This document shows positions 55,013-63,127 of a stretch of DNA of 64,000 bases, piece after piece. Position numbers and translations under genes: made by a program. The stretch is taken from IMG/VR virus record IMGVR_UViG_3300037247_001786, positions 160,001 through 224,000 of that record; one strand, written 5' to 3'. This stretch comes from a virus. Taxonomy: Duplodnaviria; Caudoviricetes. The number at the start of each line of letters is the position of its first letter. Positions within the stretch are counted from its first letter, which is position 1. The notes beneath the pieces are model-generated. The model was not told where the DNA came from, ran no database searches, and saw nothing but the letters and a program-made list of their open reading frames with translations.

Positions 55013-55196
55013 TATTTGTAAAGGCAAGAAATGGTTAAAATATCATACTTTTAAGGAGAAAATAAAGTGTCCTTATTGTGATGCTACTGGGATAAGAGGT
55101 TCTGATTATAGTTCTTCATTAGATATACAAGTGGATGTATATAATCAATATCCAGATGGTGACATTTTTTATAAAAATAAAACAGGAGAAGAGTAA
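55002..55196 (+). CDS. Small DnaJ-type zinc-finger protein
   Basis: CNICKGK...CPYCDATG. Confidence 0.55.
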   Translation: MKCNICKGKKWLKYHTFKEKIKCPYCDATGIRGSDYSSSLDIQVDVYNQYPDGDIFYKNKTGEE

Positions 55197-55197
55197 A

Positions 55198-55455
55198 ATG
55201 AATAGAAAAGAATTAGAGCAAGAGATAATCAAGATAGTGGCATATCAGATATCCTATGATGTAAATGAGATTACGACAAGTGAAAATTTTATCAATGATT
55301 TAGGTTTTGATAGTCTTGATGGTGTAGAGTTGATTATGGGAATAGAAGATAAATTTGATTTAAGTGTTGAAGATGAGGATTTCTACAGATTGACCACTGT
55401 TGACCTTGTAGCTGATTATGTCGAGAAAAATGATTCTAATATTAGCATAAGGTAA
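55198..55455 (+). CDS. acpP: Acyl carrier protein
   Basis: ATG 55198 with GGAG SD; F.NDLGFDSLDGVELIMGIEDKF (phosphopantetheine Ser intact), TTV..V.DYV. Confidence 0.92.
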   Translation: MNRKELEQEIIKIVAYQISYDVNEITTSENFINDLGFDSLDGVELIMGIEDKFDLSVEDEDFYRLTTVDLVADYVEKNDSNISIR

Positions 55456-55458
55456 TCT

Positions 55459-55956
55459 ATGGCAACTGTCCGTAATATTTTTGAGTTATCTCCAGAAGAT
55501 TTTTTTCAGTTAGTCCAGACGGGAGCTTGCTGTAGGGATTTTTCAATTTTATTACACAATGGTGATTGGAAGGATGTTTCCCTTAGAGAGACATCTCTTT
55601 CTATTGATCCTGCTGCTATGAAATCTTCAATATTATTGTGCGGGATTGTCAAGACTGATATAAATTCTATTATGTCTTTTACAGGTCCAACTTTTATTAG
55701 CCTTTTAGGAAAAGAGATCCCGTGCGAAGTTATTAGTTGGCAAACTAATATGTCGCATATTTCTCGCCATGATGGAAGGGAAGAAGTTGTATCGGTTGAT
55801 TCGGATATAGGTATTTATTTATCGTATAGTGGGTATCATTTTAGGCATAGAAGTTGGTGCGATATAGAAGAGGGCGATTCTAAACCCACGATTAAAGAGA
55901 TGGAGAAAAAGATAGAAAAGAAAAAAACATTTTTCGATTGGATAGATATGGATTAA
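55459..55956 (+). CDS. Hypothetical protein with shared C-terminal tail (KKKTFFDWIDMD)
   Basis: 165-aa ORF. Confidence 0.6.
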   Translation: MATVRNIFELSPEDFFQLVQTGACCRDFSILLHNGDWKDVSLRETSLSIDPAAMKSSILLCGIVKTDINSIMSFTGPTFISLLGKEIPCEVISWQTNMSHISRHDGREEVVSVDSDIGIYLSYSGYHFRHRSWCDIEEGDSKPTIKEMEKKIEKKKTFFDWIDMD

Positions 55957-55957
55957 T

Positions 55958-56218
55958 TTGGAGAAAGAAATGAACAAAATTTTTACTTGCCCAATGTTGG
56001 TAGGATGTCATGTCCCTCTATACAAAACTCGTGATAGTTTTTTTGTAGGGGCTAAAAATATAGATGAAGCCAGAACATATGTAGTGGAACATATAGAAAA
56101 TAGATGTAAAGAGTCTGGTCTCAAAATGGTAGAATATTTCGGAGCTATTAAGTTAGAAGGATATATGTGTAATGATGTATATTACATAAAAGAGATAACT
56201 GAAAGAAATTTTAATTAA
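55958..56218 (+). CDS. Hypothetical protein
   Basis: 86-aa frame; likely start ATG 55970 after GGAG. Confidence 0.5.
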   Translation: MEKEMNKIFTCPMLVGCHVPLYKTRDSFFVGAKNIDEARTYVVEHIENRCKESGLKMVEYFGAIKLEGYMCNDVYYIKEITERNFN

Positions 56219-56220
56219 AG

Positions 56221-56280
56221 AAAAAAGAAGGAATATTTCGATAATAATTTAATAAGTTAATTAGTAAATAATTAAATAAT
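56221..56280 (+). promoter_or_regulatory. Bipartite element AAAAAAGAAGGA-N36-TAATTAAATAAT upstream of an RHH gene (copy 2)
   Basis: Matches 17278-17337 in both boxes and in spacing. Confidence 0.65.
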
Positions 56281-56300
56281 AGAAAAGGAGAAATATTCTA

Positions 56301-56636
56301 ATGGGAAAAAAGAAGAAAAAAACGGTACCAGTAAAAATTAACACAAAACCAAAGCCTAGAGATACAAATGACATTCTTTGCGATACTAGGGCTGATATAG
56401 AGCCTATATTGGATTTAAATGTCCAAGGTCAAACTATAGAAGGTCTTTTGAATTTAAAGCAGACATATGACACCAGAGATAACATAACTGTATCTTTTAG
56501 GGTTCCTAAGAACGTTCTCGATTGGGCAAAAACAACAGCCATGAAAGAAAGTTTAGCTCATGATGAAGAGATTCATTACCAAAAACTTATTTTAAGTTGC
56601 TTCCTAGACAGATATCCTCTTGTCGAAAAGGAGTAG
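56301..56636 (+). CDS. Protein with C-terminal ribbon-helix-helix-like domain
   Basis: ITVSFRVPKNVLDWAK..A.KESL...EEIHYQKLIL aligns with the 17350 RHH (NVTVRMDKEKVKELK..ARE.S.....ISYNDLII). Confidence 0.6.
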   Translation: MGKKKKKTVPVKINTKPKPRDTNDILCDTRADIEPILDLNVQGQTIEGLLNLKQTYDTRDNITVSFRVPKNVLDWAKTTAMKESLAHDEEIHYQKLILSCFLDRYPLVEKE

Positions 56637-56640
56637 AGAT

Positions 56641-57060
56641 ATGCCTTTTTATATTATTCAAGAAGATGGTAAAGGTTATATTAAAATCGGCAAGGGCTAT
56701 GCTTATGATAGAATGAGGGAGTTTAGCACGGGGAATCCTCATAATATGGAACTTTTAAAACAGCTTCCAGGTGGATACAGAGAAGAGCATATATTACATA
56801 AGGTATTTTATAGAGAAAGATTAGACCCCAGTCATGAATGGTTTTTTCCTAGTGAAGAACTATTAAAAGCTGCGTCCCTTGAAGATAAAGAATTAGTTAA
56901 TCTCATAAATAACGCAGAAAAGATTATCGCAAGTCATCCCTATGATTGGGATAGAATGTGTGTGAAGTTTGATGGAGAATCAGATGAAGATGTTGAAAGA
57001 AGACAAGAAAAATATGCTGCATATAGAGCTGCCCCATATCTTTGGAAATATGGAGAGTAA
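56641..57060 (+). CDS. GIY-YIG-like (T5orf172/MUG113-type) nuclease
   Basis: FYIIQ....YIKIG.....RM..FSTGNP......L....E..LH..F...R....EWF. Confidence 0.75.
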   Translation: MPFYIIQEDGKGYIKIGKGYAYDRMREFSTGNPHNMELLKQLPGGYREEHILHKVFYRERLDPSHEWFFPSEELLKAASLEDKELVNLINNAEKIIASHPYDWDRMCVKFDGESDEDVERRQEKYAAYRAAPYLWKYGE

Positions 57061-57064
57061 ATAA

Positions 57065-57295
57065 ATGGCTACTTTCTTTAATCGCCCGCATATTAAAATA
57101 GGTGAAAATAAATTTTATGGAGAGATTAAGTTCCAAGAGGGGGTTTTTAATGAGTCAAACGATGCCAACTCTTATAGATATGACAATACGTCCTCTATAA
57201 ATTATAAGAAGAAGGGCAAAAAGAAAAAAGTAGAAAAAAAAGTTAATAAAAAGAAACAAAATATATTCGATATCATTGATTTAGAGGACTCGTAA
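57065..57295 (+). CDS. Small basic protein with shared C-terminal tail (KKQNIFDIIDLEDS)
   Basis: 76-aa ORF. Confidence 0.6.
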   Translation: MATFFNRPHIKIGENKFYGEIKFQEGVFNESNDANSYRYDNTSSINYKKKGKKKKVEKKVNKKKQNIFDIIDLEDS

Positions 57296-57598
57296 ATGAA
57301 AACGCCATCACAAAGAAGACGAGATGGAGCTGCGAATAGGATTAAGTTTAAAACGCAGTTCGATGTGGATATGGCAAATGGTGTCCCTTCATATGAATAT
57401 GGGCGAGATTCTGGTATCAATTATAATGGCGGAACAAGAAGGAAATCTGGAAAAACTAACATTGTGTCGAAAAGAGAATTAGAAAAAGAAGCTAAAAAAG
57501 TAGAAAAAGCAAGAAAGATAAGAGAGGCTAAAGAATTAGCCTTAAAAAAAGAATTAGAAAATAGAACTATATTCGATATCATTGATATCGATGATTAA
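57296..57598 (+). CDS. Small basic protein with shared C-terminal tail (NRTIFDIIDIDD)
   Basis: 100-aa ORF, TAAATG-abutted. Confidence 0.6.
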   Translation: MKTPSQRRRDGAANRIKFKTQFDVDMANGVPSYEYGRDSGINYNGGTRRKSGKTNIVSKRELEKEAKKVEKARKIREAKELALKKELENRTIFDIIDIDD

Positions 57599-57611
57599 AA
57601 AGGAGAATATT

Positions 57612-58487
57612 ATGAAACAAGAAGTTAGAGATATAAGTATCCCAATAAATGTTGATACAAGTAGGCAGTCTTTTAAACAAACAAAAGAAAAAAATGAAAA
57701 TGGATCGCAGATTTCTCATATACAAAAGCCAGTAACGACACTAGTAACTGCTGATGGTAAAGTTAAAAGAGATATAAATGTAGAGCAGTATCTTAAGGGT
57801 TTAGGATCCGTCAAGAAAGCCCCAAAAACAAATGTAAAAAAATCTTTGCAGCATTTAGCTAAGATGGTAAAAGGATGTTATTTAAGCAGAATGGCAGGCG
57901 ATGTAGAATTCTCAATATTTTGCGAAGATGCTATCTCTAATCTTATACAAAAGAAAGCGGAGGAGTTAAGCATCTCGGATAGTTCTCTTGATCCTAATTC
58001 TGTTTATGTGAAAAAAGCAGACAGACCTCTCGGGGGAAAAATAGGAGGCAAGCAGTCTATAAGATCAGACGAGAGGGTTCTCGATTGTATGGAGATAGAA
58101 GATAGCAAGGGTATTTCTAGAGAAGATAAAAAAGATTTGATAGAAAAAATATTTACTCATCCCCAACATGTAAAAAAACTTGATTCAGATCATATTTATA
58201 GATATTTTTCAGAAAAGATGTCGAAGTCAGGTTCTGAAGAGTTCAAAGATATAGCTAAGCATATGGATTTCACTAACTATAATATTGAAAGAATAAAAGC
58301 ATTATTGGAAGAAGAGAAAGGAGCTATAGCTCTTGATACACAGAAAATTTTAGATGCTAAAAAAGAGAAACGTCAAAAAGAGAAGAAAAAAGAAAAAGTT
58401 TCTATAGCTAAAAAATCAGTTAAGAAAGTAACTAAAAAGAAGAAAGTGGTAAAAAAGAAAGCTAAGAGAAGAACTCCTAAAAAATAA
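57612..58487 (+). CDS. Hypothetical protein with a histone-H1-like Lys-rich C-terminal tail
   Basis: ATG 57612 after AAGGAG; ends KKEKVSIAKKSVKKVTKKKKVVKKKAKRRTPKK. Confidence 0.6.
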   Translation: MKQEVRDISIPINVDTSRQSFKQTKEKNENGSQISHIQKPVTTLVTADGKVKRDINVEQYLKGLGSVKKAPKTNVKKSLQHLAKMVKGCYLSRMAGDVEFSIFCEDAISNLIQKKAEELSISDSSLDPNSVYVKKADRPLGGKIGGKQSIRSDERVLDCMEIEDSKGISREDKKDLIEKIFTHPQHVKKLDSDHIYRYFSEKMSKSGSEEFKDIAKHMDFTNYNIERIKALLEEEKGAIALDTQKILDAKKEKRQKEKKKEKVSIAKKSVKKVTKKKKVVKKKAKRRTPKK

Positions 58488-58491
58488 TAAG

Positions 58492-58519
58492 TTGAAAGTG
58501 ATTCTAATTGTGGTATAAT
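58492..58519 (+). promoter_or_regulatory. Promoter TTGAAA-GTGATT-N10-TATAAT (extended -10)
   Basis: ttgaaaGTGATTctaattgtggTATAAT. Confidence 0.8.
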
Positions 58520-58553
58520 GAAGTAAAATTATGTTTTAGATGAAGGAAATACT

Positions 58554-59357
58554 ATGAAAATTACGTTTTTAGGCGTATCTGGGGCTTTGTCAGCCAAATA
58601 TAATTCTAATATGCTGATAGAGTCAGATGGTCAGTGTATGTTATTTGATTGCGGAGAGGATGTAATGCATTCTCTTAAAGCTGCTGGCAGAAAACCAGAG
58701 GAATTAACAGATGTTTATATCTCCCATCTTCATTATGACCATATGGGGGGTCTAAGTTGGCTAGGGTATTATTCTTATTTTATACTTAAGAAGAGATTGA
58801 TTCTTCATATTCATGAGTCTATGGTCTCTGATTTGTGGGCTATGCTCCGTCCAGCGATGGAGAAACTTGATTGTAAGGACGAGATGATGACTCTTGATAA
58901 TTATTTTGATGTTGTGGCGATTAAGGGAGTAAAGACTGAAGAGTATAACCCTTCTTTCTTTTTCGGAAAATGTTATTTTGACCTTGTCGAACAATTACAT
59001 GTTGAAACAGTTAATGGAAATATGTATTCTTATGGTCTCAACATTATAGACTCTACGAATAAGTCTCAAGTATTTATAAGTTCTGATTCCAAAAAGATGT
59101 CAATTCCTTATAGTCCTTATTCCGGGGTATCTTTTCCGCAAAAATACATTTTTTGCGATTGTGATGTTATGAACCTTAATGGCGTTCATCCCAATTATAA
59201 TGATTTAAAAAAATATAAAGCTGACACAAAAAGCAAAATGTGGTTATATCATTACACAAATCTTGATGATTATGAGGGCAAGTTCGGAGAAATGCCAGAT
59301 GCTGTAGCAGATGGTTTTGCAGGATTTGTTAAAGAGGGACAAATTTTTGAGATATAA
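58554..59357 (+). CDS. Metallo-beta-lactamase-fold hydrolase (RNase Z-like / Apyc1-like phosphodiesterase)
   Basis: ITFLG, YNSNMLI, LFDCG, ISHLHYDHMGG, LH, ISSD, GVHP, MWLYHY, GF.GFV..GQ.F. Confidence 0.8.
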   Translation: MKITFLGVSGALSAKYNSNMLIESDGQCMLFDCGEDVMHSLKAAGRKPEELTDVYISHLHYDHMGGLSWLGYYSYFILKKRLILHIHESMVSDLWAMLRPAMEKLDCKDEMMTLDNYFDVVAIKGVKTEEYNPSFFFGKCYFDLVEQLHVETVNGNMYSYGLNIIDSTNKSQVFISSDSKKMSIPYSPYSGVSFPQKYIFCDCDVMNLNGVHPNYNDLKKYKADTKSKMWLYHYTNLDDYEGKFGEMPDAVADGFAGFVKEGQIFEI

Positions 59358-59359
59358 CT

Positions 59360-59779
59360 ATGAATTACTATAACGGATATCTAAATTATACAGAATGGAA
59401 AAGAAAAGATCCAGATAGTTATTGGGCTTTTATTGAAGGTAGAGAAAAGAAACTAAAATTTGAGATTGATGAGAAGTTTGCGGAAAGAATATCTAGAATT
59501 AAAGTTCCCGAAGAAGTAGATCCTTTTTACGGTATGGTAGGTAGGGCGGTTACAAATAAGAATACCTTATGGGATGATATGTGCGAGAAAATAGTAACAA
59601 GCTCGAAACCTCATTTTTTATTAGGAGTTTTTAATAGATTTATAGATGGAAATCTAACTGAGAAAGATTCAAAGAAGATAAATAGGATTAATAAAGGATT
59701 GCATCCTGATATCCTTATTGTTAGATTTTTGAAGTGGCTTAAAAAGAAGATTTGTTTTTGGAGTAAAAATGACGGATAA
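59360..59779 (+). CDS. Hypothetical protein
   Basis: 139-aa ORF in the operon. Confidence 0.55.
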   Translation: MNYYNGYLNYTEWKRKDPDSYWAFIEGREKKLKFEIDEKFAERISRIKVPEEVDPFYGMVGRAVTNKNTLWDDMCEKIVTSSKPHFLLGVFNRFIDGNLTEKDSKKINRINKGLHPDILIVRFLKWLKKKICFWSKNDG

Positions 59780-60257
59780 AAAAACAGAAAGAGAAACAGA
59801 TAGTCATATATTTTTTTGGAAAAGTTATTTATCCCAATGGTATATGAGAGATTTTAAAAGAGAGGACATAGTTTATTGTTGTTGTGAGCAGTATATGATG
59901 GCAGAGAAAGCGAGACTATTTGGAGATGATGACGCTCTTGGGAGAATTATGTCTTCCAATAGCCCATCTACTCACAAAATGGTTGGCAGGCAAGTCAAGA
60001 ATTACGATGACGGTCAATGGCAAGCTATTTCTAGATACGTTGTCTTCCTCGGCAATATGGCAAAATTCGCTCAGCATGAAGATTTAAAAGAAAAGCTCTT
60101 GTTAACTAAAGGTAAAATTTTAGTCGAGGCTAGTCCTTATGATAAATTATGGGGAGTAGGTCTTGAAGCTTGGGATGATAGGATTTTAGATGAAAAGACT
60201 TGGCAAGGTGAAAACTGGTTAGGCCAGGAAATAATGAATGTTAGGGGGGTGTTATGA
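59769..60257 (+). CDS. NADAR (YbiA-like) family protein
   Basis: LSQWY, EQYMMAEKA.LFGD, KFAQH.DLK..LL.T, LVEASPYD..WGVG, G.N.LG..IM.VR. Confidence 0.92.
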   Translation: MTDKKTERETDSHIFFWKSYLSQWYMRDFKREDIVYCCCEQYMMAEKARLFGDDDALGRIMSSNSPSTHKMVGRQVKNYDDGQWQAISRYVVFLGNMAKFAQHEDLKEKLLLTKGKILVEASPYDKLWGVGLEAWDDRILDEKTWQGENWLGQEIMNVRGVL

Positions 60258-60919
60258 GTCTTAAAGGTTATGATTATTTTACGCCAGATCCAGGAACTAT
60301 TGATGAAATAAATTGCACGGTTTGTGGTGAAATTTGTTATGTAGAAAGAGGCGTTAATGGTTATCGAAGTTCTGCTGGTGCTATGGCGAAGATTAAAGTT
60401 CTACACGACTGCTTCTGCTGCCCTCATTCAGATAAGGATTGGCATGAAAAGGCTTTGAATCTTTTACAAGATATCAAAAAGTGTAATAGTCCATCTCTCG
60501 AAAAAATAATGAGAGAAGATTTAAAGTTGCTAATAAGGGAAAAAGACAAGAAAAAGATTTATGTATTTGAAGATTCTTCAGAAAGAATGAAATGGTTTTT
60601 AAGAATCTTCAAAGATTGCGAGATAACCCACACTGAAGATGCCGGCACTGCCTGTCAAGATATTGAACATAATGAGTATGATATTATATTTTTAGATCGA
60701 GATATGGGGCATTACAAATTTAGTGGTGAAGATATCGCTAAATATATGGCAGAAAAAAAGTTGGCGAAAGATGCTACAATTGTTATTCATTCAGTTAATC
60801 CTCTTGGGCAGCGAAAGATAAAAGAATATTTGGACGAATATCATGATAATGTTTATCAGATACCTTTTACAGAATTAAATAAAATGGAAAGAGAAGATTT
60901 TACATGGAATGATAAATAA
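60254..60919 (+). CDS. Zn-binding domain fused to a cyclic-phosphate-processing receiver (cREC)-like domain
   Basis: CTVCG...GAMAK...HD.F.CP.SD..WH; then YVFEDS.ER..WF...IFLDRDMG...SGEDIA...IVIHSVNP.G. Confidence 0.7.
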   Translation: MSLKGYDYFTPDPGTIDEINCTVCGEICYVERGVNGYRSSAGAMAKIKVLHDCFCCPHSDKDWHEKALNLLQDIKKCNSPSLEKIMREDLKLLIREKDKKKIYVFEDSSERMKWFLRIFKDCEITHTEDAGTACQDIEHNEYDIIFLDRDMGHYKFSGEDIAKYMAEKKLAKDATIVIHSVNPLGQRKIKEYLDEYHDNVYQIPFTELNKMEREDFTWNDK

Positions 60920-61140
60920 TGTATAATAAAGAATTAAAACAATTTTTAATAGATGGATTACCGAAAGAGCAGGTAACTGGCAAAGGTACTGGTAAGGTAA
61001 CTAGAATTCATGGAGATCTTGTAAATAATAAAATTATTGAAGAAAGTCTCAACGAAATTAGAGCATCCATGATGGTTCAAGATGAAGATAAACTTGATGC
61101 TTGCCAGCAATTAGTCCTCATATTATTAAACTACACATAG
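60919..61140 (+). CDS. Hypothetical protein
   Basis: 73-aa ORF, TAATG coupling. Confidence 0.5.
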   Translation: MYNKELKQFLIDGLPKEQVTGKGTGKVTRIHGDLVNNKIIEESLNEIRASMMVQDEDKLDACQQLVLILLNYT

Positions 61141-61153
61141 GAAAATATTTCAT

Positions 61154-61378
61154 ATGCAATTAGAGAAAGAAGAAGTGCAGTTTTTGTTAAATTTAGGATT
61201 AGAACCTATTGATATTGTAGGAGGTCCACACGACGATGAATTATATTGGTCTCCTCCAAAAGCAACCAGTAGTGACGAGCCTCATACTGCTGAATTCGAA
61301 AAAGAAGGTGTCGTGTCCTTGTATCGATATGATAAGATTATGAAAGTTATGTTATATGCTAGAGAGATTTTAAATTAG
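61154..61378 (+). CDS. Hypothetical protein
   Basis: 74-aa ORF. Confidence 0.5.
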   Translation: MQLEKEEVQFLLNLGLEPIDIVGGPHDDELYWSPPKATSSDEPHTAEFEKEGVVSLYRYDKIMKVMLYAREILN

Positions 61379-61386
61379 GAGATGAT

Positions 61387-61710
61387 ATGAGACATAAAGG
61401 TTATAATAGTTTTAGTTACCCTCCAGACCTTGTTGAAGAGAAGGGGTGTGAGGTTTGCGGCTGCATTTGTGATGTTAATCGAGGAGTAGTTGGACCTACG
61501 AGTTTCGCTGGAGCGATGGCCAAATGCAAAACTCCTCATGATAGTTTTACTTGCCCTTACAGTGATGAGGAGTGGCATATCTCGGCACTGAGTATGTCTT
61601 TGGAGAGAGACGAATTTCATAGTCCATCATTAAAAAAACTTATACAGAGCGATATCGACGATATTGTATTTAATAATGTTAATCCTTTTATAGAGGCTGA
61701 GCGTTCTTGA
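61387..61710 (+). CDS. Stand-alone paralog of the Zn-binding domain of 60254-60919
   Basis: CEVCGCICDVNRGV.G..S.AGAMAK...HDSFTCPYSDEEWH..AL...SPSL. Confidence 0.7.
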   Translation: MRHKGYNSFSYPPDLVEEKGCEVCGCICDVNRGVVGPTSFAGAMAKCKTPHDSFTCPYSDEEWHISALSMSLERDEFHSPSLKKLIQSDIDDIVFNNVNPFIEAERS

Positions 61711-62444
61711 ATACATATGTTGAGTTAATTAACAAGCATAAGGGAGAGGATTGTTTTATTTTGGCGGCTGGACCAACTCTTTATGATGTTTTTTATAAAG
61801 AGTACAAAGACTATATTGATCTATTTCGAGACAAAGTTGTTATCTCTGTAAATGCTTCGATTATAGCTTGCGTTGAGCATCTTGATTGGATGGGAGACGG
61901 AGATAATAGATATTGGATATCAGATGACTCATTGACTACGAGGTGGTCGTGGTGGAAGTTAGTTGAGCAGAGTAAGTGTACTAAAATAGTAAGAAATAGT
62001 TGGTTGAAACAGAAACATTATGGGGATATCGATGGTTTCCTTCATTTCTCCGCCAGACCGACACCAGAGGACGTAATTAACAAAGATGATGTTGGTCTGT
62101 CATATTGTTCTTCTGCTCCCTCAGCGATAGACCTGGCGATTCAGATGGGTTGTAAGAATATCTATTTACTAGGTCTTGATCATGCGAAGAGAGACGGCAA
62201 AGTGTATTTTTGGGAATATTTCTCAAAAGTTAGGCATCCCAAACAATTCAAACCAGGTAAACCTCCTTGGCATGTTCAGAAGGACATGTACAAAGTCAAT
62301 GCTATGGCATATGAGGCACTAGATAAATTCGCGGAAGAAAAAGGTTCTCAAATTTATAATTGTAGCAAAATAGCACATCAGGAGAAGACCACATATTCAT
62401 TCAAATACAAGGATTTTGCCGATATTATAGCAAGTGAGCAATAA
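61707..62444 (+). CDS. DUF115/MptE-like (Maf-type) protein, putative glycosyltransferase
   Basis: HKGEDCFILAAGPTL, VISVN, SSAPSAIDLAIQMGCKNIYLLGLDH. Confidence 0.75.
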   Translation: MNTYVELINKHKGEDCFILAAGPTLYDVFYKEYKDYIDLFRDKVVISVNASIIACVEHLDWMGDGDNRYWISDDSLTTRWSWWKLVEQSKCTKIVRNSWLKQKHYGDIDGFLHFSARPTPEDVINKDDVGLSYCSSAPSAIDLAIQMGCKNIYLLGLDHAKRDGKVYFWEYFSKVRHPKQFKPGKPPWHVQKDMYKVNAMAYEALDKFAEEKGSQIYNCSKIAHQEKTTYSFKYKDFADIIASEQ

Positions 62445-62456
62445 AGGAGAGTTCTT

Positions 62457-63125
62457 ATGTCGAAAAAATATAAACCTCTAGAAAAGTGGAACGGGATACT
62501 TGAGAAAAAAGAGCCTATTTTTATTTTAGGTAATGGACCTAGCTTAACAGATAATGATTTATCTTTACTTGATACTTATTTAACAATTGGCATAAATAGA
62601 GTTTTTCAAGCTTATGATCCAACTATTCTTTTTTGGCAAGATAGAAGTGTCTGGGCTACAAGCTCAAAAGATATGCAGAAAACCAAGTCTATAAAGGTAA
62701 CTAGGAAGGGAATGGTTGGTCCTAATCTATTTCCTAATTATTTATTTTTTGTTTTAAAAGGCAAACGTAATTCTCCTTATCCTGGACAGTGTGATACCGC
62801 TAAATTAATAGGGCAAGATATAACACATGGAGTTACCACTCAATTTGCAGAAGCTTTATGCCCATCTCATATTGTCTTTTTAGGAATAGATTGTCAGTTT
62901 AGAGATGGTAAAACTGATTTTTATGGTAATAATAAATTTCATAGAAAGGATATGTTAGATAGATGTGCCCAGATTTCTATGAAAATAAAACGGGGATGTC
63001 AGGTTCCTATTTTTAACTGTGGTTTGAGCGATTGCTGGAGAACAAGAAAATTAGAAGAAGTTATTGCAGAAATAAATCCTCCAAAACATGACAGAGAATA
63101 TTATGAAAAACTTTTTGGAAGATAA
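62457..63125 (+). CDS. Second DUF115/MptE-like (Maf-type) protein
   Basis: IFILGNGPSL, TIGINR, HIVFLGIDC...TDFY. Confidence 0.75.
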   Translation: MSKKYKPLEKWNGILEKKEPIFILGNGPSLTDNDLSLLDTYLTIGINRVFQAYDPTILFWQDRSVWATSSKDMQKTKSIKVTRKGMVGPNLFPNYLFFVLKGKRNSPYPGQCDTAKLIGQDITHGVTTQFAEALCPSHIVFLGIDCQFRDGKTDFYGNNKFHRKDMLDRCAQISMKIKRGCQVPIFNCGLSDCWRTRKLEEVIAEINPPKHDREYYEKLFGR

Positions 63126-63127
63126 TA

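Noticed and set aside
39703-55189. 12-bp repeat TAAAACAGGAGA at 39703 and 55178
   Set aside because: Short, AT-rich and built around an ordinary GGAG ribosome-binding site; no shared flanking structure.
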